Assembly (NCBI RefSeq): GCF_009914755.1
Contig: NC_060930.1
Origin: the human T2T-CHM13v2.0 reference genome, Homo sapiens
DNA: 64,000 nucleotides
Direction: 5' to 3' (one strand)
The translations under genes were made by a program, and so were the position numbers. The notes below the pieces were generated by a model. It was given only the letters and a program-made list of their open reading frames with translations. It was not told where the DNA came from and made no database searches. This document shows, in pieces, positions 1 through 12,583 of the stretch. Positions within the stretch are counted from its first letter, which is position 1. Every line of letters starts with the position of its first letter.

Positions 1-256
1 CCTGATGTTTTGAGTGTTGGAAAAGAACAAACTGGTTATCCCTTACACTATATTCCCTAATACTAGTTGAGGAGTGACCTCTCTAAAAGATCAAGAGCAA
101 AAAGTCTTTTTAAAAGATTCTAGACAATGTAGGATACTCTTTGCCATAAGAGCCAAAGCCAACAGAAATAATCCTTCCACCCTTGGGAAAAGAGATAATG
201 GCAAGACTTCTCGTTAATAATCTAGCTAAATGATAGAACTTAAAAGATCTTTGACT

Positions 257-416
<160 letters not shown>

Positions 417-3051
417 CTAAGACTGATTACTAAACCATTGGGAACAGGAAGTTCTGGGTTCAATGAATTTCTATATATTTTTTCATACTGGACACATGAA
501 AGACATTAAACAAAACACACTATTTACTAGTTTAGCCGTCTCAGTGTCAACTTTTCAACATTTTGATGAAAATTTTGATCATACTAATAAAAGAAACCAT
601 ATGGTATTGAATATTTTCAGCATCTAAGAAGGTAAATCTCAGAGTCAAATCCTCAGACAAACATAAATTAAGATTTATGGCTAGCATGATATATGAGCTA
701 CATGATTTGCCATAAAATAGAGAAGAAGGAGTCAGTCACACATCATACTTTTGAGTGAAAAGCAATCTCACAACTATTAAGAGATTCATGATGTGCCTGT
801 CACACAGATGCTATAGACAGCCACACAAATCCTGTGAATGTTTTGTCCCCAGATCAAGGGACTTATCTCAACTATACAGTGACTAATTCAACCCCTCTCA
901 GAGGAATGAACTTTTCCAATAAAAGAAAAATAAATGGAAGTGCCAGCCACTTTAAATCAAGCACTTAACTAACGTGTTGCTATTTAAATTGTAGATAAAT
1001 ATTCTGGCCTAAGTTCAAGGGAGGCATGAATGCAAACGTGGGTCATAATGAATGAGCTCTATTTAGAAAATGGCTTTAAGGTATACATTTACTTTTCAAG
1101 TTCCCAAAAAAATAATCTTCTGATTTTATTAGAACGGAGCTTGCATACTGTTTGGAAGTTACCAGAAAATCAACTGTGCATTGTAATTTCAAGTGATATA
1201 TGTTCTTTTCACAGATTTCAAAATCCCCAAAACACTGAATTCTTGGATACTATCACAACCTTGGGGTATTCCCCAGACTCTAAGACTTAAAAAAAAAATC
1301 CAAAAAGGAATGGTATCCTCAGAAATAATGGGCTTCCAGAAGCTTGGCTGTAGTGAAAGCAGCCAGCAGGGTATATGAAACTCCACTCTTGCTGTTGCAG
1401 CGGAGCCTGCCAAGTCTACCAGTAGGCCAAATTAAGGCTGGTAAAGTTACAAACACGTTTTCCTTTTCAAATGGATTAGGAAGCTCCAAAATGTATTCAT
1501 CTTAGAGTGTGAGTAACATCAAAGCTATGGGTGATGCCACTAAAGAGAAACAAAGACTTCAAAAACAATATTGCTACAGTCCCCTCCAGTACCCCCAAAC
1601 TGGAAATCTTTATTTATGTAATGCCTTTTGATTTAATGAGTGACCTGCAGTCCTTTCTCCAAGATAAAAGTATAATCTGCTGATTAGCTACTCTTCTAGA
1701 ATAGATTATTGCTCATCAAGGTTCTGTTTCTTTGCCTCACTGGTTAAAAGACAATTTTACTAAGGATGACTCACCCCATCTCTAACTCTCCTTGCCTGTG
1801 TTTGTTGCTGCTGTTCGTTACCAGCAAAACTGGAGAGGGAAGACACACAGACACATAAAGACAAGTATATAACCCATTACAGGAGGTTCTCATTATTCCA
1901 GAACAACAATTACCTGAAAAAGGACATTTAAAGTGAATTCACTTGAAATAACGACCAAAATTCCATAGTGAATGTGGAAAAGGGGTTTCATTACATTAAA
2001 AATTGAGATTAAATGTAAGTATATATTTAATCTTCTACTTAACAAAACGTATGTAATAAATGCAACTATGTGCTAACCAAAATAGTAGTAGTAGCAGTAG
2101 TAGTGATAAACAGTTGTTAGATATCTTTTAGTTTTTCTAGCATTTCCTAACTTCCCCAGCACAATTACAGTGAAGAATATTCTTCCAAAAATACCTGGAC
2201 ATCACCAACATTCCTTTAATTTTTAATTGTCAGATTCTTCTTTTGAAATGCTTACCATGTCATCATTTTGGTGGATTTTCTCTTTCTCAATTATTCACTG
2301 GTCTCATGCTGCCAGAATTTTATTTGCCAATGGCTTCGTATGTCAGTCTGGCAGCTTTTCAACCTCACTTTTCTCTATTTCATGAAATCTTTATTTCTTG
2401 TATTTTTGCAAAATCTGCCATCTGACTTTGCAATTGAGTACACTGATTTTACATCTTCCGAACAATCAGTAAAACACTATAACTAATGGGATGGGCAGGA
2501 ATAGAATTCACAGGGATGAATGTTTGAGTGGGAACTAATTTTACACGTGGACAGTTCATTAGTGAACATTTTTATACTATGATTACTTCTGTTTCCCTAT
2601 GCAACCTTCAAAACTGCAAGGCTCGAGGTAATGAATATTCAGCTAACAAGGGCATCATATACGAAAGGCCACAGTCATCATGGAAATGCCTGTCTTTGGG
2701 AACTAGAAAGGTTTCTCAGGGAACTAGAAGCACATCCCAAGGTACATCCTAACATTCTACATTTTAATGTTTCCTGTCTGCATGGCCTATCATCACAGTA
2801 TAAATAGACTAAATAAAATGATAACTAGTATGCATCCCACTATTTGATCATGAAAATGATTTCAATCTGGCACCATTCACTAACTATAACAGCAAAATTA
2901 AAATCTTGATTTATTAATTTAAGCATTCAAATGTATATCTGACAACTGCCAGATTCCAGACCTACTAAGGGGTCTGGAAAGTCAAATGGCAAATGCTTTT
3001 AGAAGATTAAGAGATATATAGCAAGCATATGGATATTATCTTTGTCCTATA

Positions 3052-3053
<2 letters not shown>

Positions 3054-3110
<57 letters not shown>
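3054..3110. repeat. Compound microsatellite (GT)n(GA)n
   Basis: Direct read: about 19 GT units followed by about 9 GA units. Confidence 0.97.
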
Positions 3111-3111
<1 letters not shown>

Positions 3112-3269
3112 TTTGATCACCCAGGAGTAAAAGTTATTACTTCAGAATCCAAAGTCCAAAATAAAACATTTTTTTTTAATCTTTGAAGCCTCACACACAA
3201 AAAAAGATAATACCACAAGATGATAAACAGAGATGAAAAAGACAGCACTGTGTGTTTAAAAAGACCTTC

Positions 3270-3903
<634 letters not shown>

Positions 3904-3907
3904 GACC

Positions 3908-4090
3908 TTTAGAGTCAGACAGACCTCAGCTTCAGTCCCAGCGGTTATGTTCTAGCTGTGTGATTATAAGTTCAATATGCTCTCTAAGCCTCAGTTTCCT
4001 CATTTGTGAAATACAATAGTTGGACAATAATACTTATTTCCTGGGTAAGACCAAATGAAATACTCAGTGTCTGGAAAATTGTGGGCCTTA
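3908..4090. mobile_element. MIR fragment
   Basis: tagagtcagacagacct...ctctaagcctcagtttcctcatttgtgaaat MIR core. Confidence 0.7.
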
Positions 4091-4516
4091 CCTATGTTAT
4101 AAACCATATCTTAGCTAATAAATAATTTTCCTCCTTCTTCCAGGCATTATGACAACAATGTAAACCTTCTACCTGTTTATAAAAACAAGGTATTAGGATA
4201 TCACTATGAGGACTCTGTCAGAATCCCTTGATAACGCCAATATTATAAACAAAGCTTCCCAAAAAAACAGAGGTCCCAGACCAGGCACATATCTTCTAAG
4301 CCTTACAAATAAGGGGGGTAAAGTTATTTAGATATGAGAGTAGCTTCTTTCTCAGTGACAATGTATAACACAACCAACTGTGAAGTTGGACATAGCCAAG
4401 TTAGAATCCACTTTTCTGATTTTGAGATCTTAGAGAAATTACTTAACCTTTCTGAGGCTGTGTGAAATGAAGATAATAAATAAGGCCTGCCTCCAAGAGT
4501 TGTTTAACGAACTCTT

Positions 4517-4800
4517 GGTGGTTCATGCCTGTAATCCCAGCACTCTGGGAGGTCAAGGCAGGACAATTACTTTAGCCCAGGAGTTTGAGACCAGCCTGAG
4601 CAACACAGTAAGACCCTATATCTAGAAAAAATAAAAAATAAAACCAGCCAGGTTTGGTGGTATGTGCCTGCAGTCCTAGCTACTCCAGAGGTTAGAGGGT
4701 AACTTGAGACCAAGAGTTCCAGGGTAAAGTGGGGAATGATTTTGCCACTGCATTCCAGCCTGAATGATGCAGTGAGACCCTTTCTTAAAAAAAAAAAAAA
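4517..4800 (+). mobile_element. AluJ-like element
   Basis: Diverged dimeric Alu with A tail, abutting the L1. Confidence 0.9.
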
Positions 4801-5749
4801 TCTATCAGGTCTAGGAGCCTTTTGGTGGAGGCTTTAGGGTTTTCCAAGTATAGAATCATACTGTCAATGAAAAGAGATAATTTGACTTCTACTCTTCCTA
4901 TCTGGATGCCTTTTATTTCCTTCTCCTGCCTGACTACTCTGGCTAGGACCTTCAGTACTATGTTGAATAGGCGTGGTGAGAGTGGACATCCTTTCTTTTA
5001 ATGTTTTCAAGGAGAATGCTTCCAGCTTTTGCCCATTTAGTATGATGCTGGCTATGAGTCTGTCATAGATGGCTCTTATGATTTTGAGGTATGTTCTTTT
5101 GATGCCTAGTTTGAGGTTTTTTATCATGAAGAGATGTTGGATTTTACCAAAAGCTTTCTGTGCATCTATTAAGATGATCGTATGTTTTAAATTCTGTTCA
5201 CGTGGTAAATCACATTTATTGATGTGCGTATGTTGAACCAACCTTGCATCCCAGGAATAAAGCCTGCTTCATCATGGGGAATTAACTTTTTGATGTGCTG
5301 CTGGATTTGGTTTGCTAGAATTTTGTTGAAGATTTTTACATCTATGTTCACCAAGGATATTGGCCTGTAGTTTTCTTTTTTCCCATATCTTTGCCAGGAT
5401 ATCAGGGTGATACTAGCTTCACAGAATGAGGTAGGGAGAAGTCTCTCCTCCTCCATCGTTTGGAATCATTTCAGTAGAATGGGTAGAATGGGAACCACCA
5501 GCCCTTTTCTGGATAGCTGGTAGAATTTGGCTGTGAATCCATCTGGTCCAGGGTTTTTTGTTTTTTGGGTCTTTTTTGTTTGTTTTGGTTGCTAAGTTTA
5601 CTATAACTGATTCCATTTCGAAACTTGATATTGGTTTGTTCAGGGTTTCAATTTCTACCTTATTCAATCTTAGGAAGTTGTCTGTTTCCAAGAATTGTTC
5701 CATTTCTTCTCGATTTTCTAGTTTGTGTGCACACAGGTGTTTTCATAAT
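4801..5749 (-). mobile_element. L1 ORF2 fragment (reverse-transcriptase region), inverted 5' segment of a truncated L1PA
   Basis: Broken ORFs [31 protein letters not shown] and [12 protein letters not shown] match L1 ORF2p RT motifs. Confidence 0.93.
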
Positions 5750-6925
5750 AGTTTCAGAATACAAAATCAATGTACAAAAATCAGTGGCATTTCCATACTC
5801 TAATAACATTCAAGTTGAGAGCCAAATCAAGAATGCAATCCCATTTACAATAGTCACACACATACAGGGAAAAAAAAAACTAGGAATATGTCTAAATAAG
5901 GAGGTGAAAGATCTCTACAAGGACAACTATAAAACACTGCTGAAAGAAATTAGAGATGACACAAATGAATGGAAAAACATTACATGCTCACGGACTGGAA
6001 GAATTACTATCGTGAAAATGGCCATACTGCCCAATGCAATCTACAGACTCAATGCTATTCCTATCAAAGTATCAACATCATTTTTCACAGAATTAGAAAA
6101 AACTGTTCTAAAATTCACATGGAACCAAAAAAGAGCCTGAATAGCTAAAGAAAATCCTAAGCAAAAAGAACAAAGCTGGAGGCATCACATTACCTACTTC
6201 AAATGACACTATAAGGTTACAGTAATGAAAACAGCACGGTACTAGTACAAAAACAGACATGTAGCTCAATGGAACAAAATTGAGAACCCAGAAATAAAGC
6301 CACACACCAACAACCATCTGATCTTCAACAAAGTTGACAAAAACAAGCGAGGGGGAAAGAATTCCCTATTTAATAAACAGTGCTGGGATAACTGGCTGGT
6401 CATATGCAGAAAAATGAAACTGGACCTCTCCCCTTCATTATACACAAAAATTAACTCAAGATGGATTAATGACTTAAATGTAAGACTTCAAACTATAAAA
6501 ATCATAAAAGAAAACATAGGAAATACCATCTATCTATACATCAGCCTTGATAAAGAATTTATGACTAAGTCCTCAAAAGCAATAGCAACAAAAACTGACA
6601 TGTAGGACCTAATTAAACTAAAGTTTTGCACAGCAAAAGAAACTATCAACAGAATAAACAACCCACAGAATGGGAAAAAATATCTGCAAACTATGCATCT
6701 GACAAAGGTCTAATATCTAGAATTTATACGGAACTTAATTCAACAAGCAAAAAACAAATAGCTCCATTAAAAAGTGGGCAAAGGACATGAACAGACACTC
6801 CTCAAAAGACCTACAAGTAGCCAAAAAACATATGAAAAAATGTTCAACATCACTAATCATCAGAGAAATGCAAATCAAAACCACAATGCGATACCATCTC
6901 ACATTAATCATAATAGCTATTACTA
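5750..6925 (+). mobile_element. L1 ORF2 C-terminal region (forward segment)
   Basis: [11 protein letters not shown]...[26 protein letters not shown]...IVKMAILP; [16 protein letters not shown]; multiple stops and frameshifts. Confidence 0.93.
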
Positions 6926-7091
6926 TTATTTTTGACTTGTCAGAAATCGATAAAATGTTTTATTTGTATATATGCAAAATCAAAATCTTTTTGTACACAA
7001 AATATTTGCAAATTAATAAAAACATAACATTACTGCTAAATATAATCCTTTATATAAACATTTTTAAAACTACACAATATTTTGCTTTCCC

Positions 7092-7801
7092 TTTTTTGAA
7101 ATTTATTTTTTTTAACTTTTAATTTAGGTTCAGGGATACATGTGCAGGTTTATTTATATAGGCAAATCCGTGTTACAGGGGTTTGATGCACAGATTATTT
7201 CACCACCTAGGTACCCATTATAGTACCCAATAGCTATTTTTCTGATCCTCTCCCTCCTTCCACCCTCCCCGCTCAAGTACACCCCAGTGTCTACTGTTCC
7301 CCTCTTTGTGTCCATGTGTTCTCATTATTTAGCTCCCACTTACAAGTGAGAACATACAGCGTTTGGTTTTCTGCTACTGGATTAGTTTGTTAAAGATAAT
7401 GGCCTCAGGCTCCATCCATGCTCCTGCAAAGGACATGATCTCGCTCTATTTTTATGGCTGCATAGTATTCCATGGTGTATATGTACCACATTTTCTTTAT
7501 CCAGTCTACCATTGATGGGCATTTAGGTTAATTCCATGTCTTTGCTTTATAAATAATGCTGCAATGTACATATGCATGCATATGTCTTTGTGGTAAAACA
7601 ATTTATAATCCGTTGGGTATATACTCAGTAATGGGATTGCTGGGTCAAACGGTAATTCTGTTTCTAGTTCTTTAAAGAAATAGCCACACTGCTTTCCACA
7701 GTGGTTGAACTAATTTACACTCCCACTAGCAGTGTATAAGTGTTCCCTTTTCTCCACAATCTCACCAGCATCTGTTATTTTTTATTTTTTTACTTTTTAA
7801 T
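7092..7801 (-). mobile_element. L1PA 3' end (L1PA13-like by eye) inserted antisense into the host L1
   Basis: T-rich tail, then ttcagggatacatgtgcaggttt...tctgatcctctccctcc...ttatttagctcccacttacaagtgagaacat, the typical reverse-complemented L1 3' UTR. Confidence 0.9.
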
Positions 7802-7802
7802 A

Positions 7803-8467
7803 CAGAATGGCTATTATTAAAAAATAACAGATGCTGGAGAGGCTGCGGAAAAACAGGGATTATATACTGTTGATGGGAATGTAAATTAGTTCAGCCACTG
7901 TGGAAAGCAGTTTGGAGATTTCTCAAAGAACTTAGAACTACCATTCAATCCAGGAATCCCTTTATTTGTTATAGACCCAAAGGAAAATAAATTGTTTTAC
8001 AAAAAAGATACATGAACTCATATGTTCATTGCAGCACTATTCACAATAGCAAAGAGATAGACTCAATCTAGGTGTCTATCAAAAGTGGACTGGATAAAGA
8101 AAATATGGTACATATACACCATGGAATAATGCACAGCCATAAAAAAGAATGAAATCATGTCCCTTGCAGCAACATGAATGCAGCTAGAGGCCATCATCCT
8201 AAGTGAATTAACACAGGAACAGAAAACTACTCTCTTACTCATGAGTGGGAGCTAAACAGTGGGTACATATGTAAATAAAGATGAGAACAGTAGACACTGG
8301 GGACTACGGTGGGGGATGGGGCAAGGGCTGAAAAACTACTTATTGGGTACTATGCTCACTACCTGGGTGACAGGACCATTTGTAACCTAAACCTCAGCGA
8401 AACACAATATACCCATGTGACAAACCTGCATATGTGCCCCCCGAATGTAAAATAAAAGTTGAAATTA
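7803..8467 (+). mobile_element. L1PA 3' end (L1PA15/16-like by eye), continuation of the forward segment
   Basis: agaatggctattatt...ataacagatgctgg through gggctgaaaaactacttattgggtactatgctcactacctgggtgac...aaaataaaagttgaa. Confidence 0.9.
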
Positions 8468-9414
8468 GAGAGAGAGAAAGAGAGAGCATGCAAGTGCACC
8501 TAGTACTATAAAGCATCTATCCTTATTACCAATACCCTGCAGATAATGCCATTTTCAAAACAAGATATTAACAAATTGTATTTTTCTTAAGAAGCCAAAA
8601 TCTGCAAAGATCAAATTATGATGTGGACTCCTTCAGACCCAGATTCTGTAGGGTACATTTAAAAACATATGCTTTGCAGTCTTGAAGATAGCACAGGAAA
8701 ATAGAAGTCATCACAATACGAAAATATAACATTCTTTCTGTTACACAAAATGGAGATGTGTCTTATTCCATTGACTGTCTTTCTCCTTCCCTCTTCAGTT
8801 TCTTCCTCCTGAATCCGTTTAATCAGTATTTAAACATGCTTTAGCACCTCTCGTCTTTAAAAAGTACATGCATTTCTAGTGTCCACCAGGCACCTTTATT
8901 TACCTTCATGGCGAAGTTTCTCAAAAAAAGTGATCTATTCTTTTTTTCTTCATTTCCTCATCTCCCAGAACTTTTAAAAAGTAACTTCAACTCCCTATTT
9001 ATTTTTTAAAAATGATCGCATAGCCAAGTATAACAAAAGATAAATAAAAATCTACTACTACTTGCTTTATCAATATTAAAGTTTGGTGTGTATCCTTCCA
9101 CACCATTCTCTATTCTCATATAAATCCAAATAAACATTTATATACATACGTAAGGTTGTTTATTGACAAAAGAAGTATCTCTAATATGTGTTGTTCATCT
9201 AACAATTTTTATTAAAATCCCTCTAGGTCAATTCATACAGATATAATCAATTCCTTATTGATGGGCATTTTGGTAGTTTTCAGTTTTTTGAAGCTATAAG
9301 CAATGCTACAATAAACATGCTTACATACCTATTTTCTTGGAATGAATTTTGCCAACAAGGGGATTGCTGGCTCAATGGGTGTATGCATGTTTAATTTTAT
9401 TATAAAGTATACAT

Positions 9415-10915
<1,501 letters not shown>

Positions 10916-11131
10916 GAAAAAATACTTTTATTTCATTGAGGAGATCAAAAATTCTCTGGAAGAAGTGGCATTTCAGCTTGCTAAATGAATACATGGGATT
11001 TCAGGAGTGGAGATGAGAGAACATTTCAGAAAGAGGAACTGAGACCACATGTTTGGTACTAGTTAGAGATTTTTTAATCTAAAATCCAGCTCAATCCTGG
11101 CACCAAGCATAACATAAGAATCTCACTATAT

Positions 11132-11520
<389 letters not shown>

Positions 11521-11760
11521 CTAGCTTAAACTGATTCCTTCACAACTTCTGTCTACCTATGTCATTCCATTTCCTAGCCATTTAGGTTCTAAACTTCAAA
11601 ATTCTTCTTGATTTTTTTTCTCCATATTCAATCAATCATAAAGTTTGACTGGTTTTTCTTCTGAACTGTCTTTCACAGCTATTTCCTTTCACCCTTTTAA
11701 TGAAAGATATTCTAATTCAACCCCCCTTCACTAATCACATTACTGCATCCTTTTCCTAAA

Positions 11761-11967
11761 CAGAGTTTCTCAACCTTGACGCTATTGACATTTGCAGCTG
11801 GATAATTCTTTGTTGTAGGGAGATGTCCTGTGCATTGTAAGATGTTTAACAGCATCTGTGGTTTCTACTCACTAGATACCAGTAGTATGCAACCCCTCAA
11901 AACAGTCTCCAGACATTGCCAAATATCCCTTAAGGGAGCAAATTCACCCCCAGTTGAGAACCACTGT
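11761..11967. mobile_element. MER20 (hAT-Charlie DNA transposon)
   Basis: Terminal inverted repeats cagagtttctcaac / gttgagaaccactg; internal gtcctgtgcattgtaagatgtttaacagcat and gtctccagacattgccaaat. Confidence 0.85.
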
Positions 11968-12474
11968 TCCCATGAGATGACCTCTTGGGAAAAGCCCTAT
12001 AAAACCATCTGATCAAAACTCTATCCTTTGAGGCTAACTCGACTTTCATCTTTTCTATGAAATTGTGATATCTATCAACAACAAGTGCACAGTTGTTTAA
12101 TTTTTACAAATAATGAAAAATCTGCATAAAACAAATGAGACCATGATTTGCTTGTCAGTTCAAACAAAGATTCAAAATAATGATAATGCCCATTGTTGAT
12201 AACAATGTGGGAAAATGGAAACTATCATTCATGGAGAGGAATAAACGTATAATATTTGTGGATAGCATTTAGTAAAATGTTTCACACTTTGAGATGATTA
12301 TAATACTTTGACCTTGCTTGTTTAGAGATAATCAGACAAATGGGCAAAGACTACATTGTTCTGTAATTGCAAAACTGGAAACATCCTAAAGGTCCCTTAA
12401 TAGGGGACTGGTCAGGTAAGCAACAAGCAACAATACATTTAGAACACTTTGCTATTGTTTAAAAGGATAAAGTA

Positions 12475-12583
12475 GGTTGGTCTGAAGTAGTGAGTTATCT
12501 CGATTGTTCACAGTCAGTTACAGATCGAAATCCTTATTCTACTCTTTGTCCACTTCTCACTACTGCACTTGACTAAAAAAAAA
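12475..12583 (+). pseudogene. Y RNA (hY1/RNY1) retropseudogene
   Basis: GGTTGGTCTGAAGTAGTGAGTTATCTCGATTGTTCACAGTCAGTTACAGATCGAA...CTTCTCACTACTGCACTTGACTA matches hY1 with a few changes. It lacks the terminal U tract, is followed by an A tail, and has aaagtag on both sides. No Pol III upstream promoter is evident. Confidence 0.93.

Noticed and set aside
4864-7122. Several 60-171 aa ORFs with reverse-transcriptase-like motifs
   Set aside because: Fragments of a dead, rearranged L1 ORF2, not a gene or a novel RT system.
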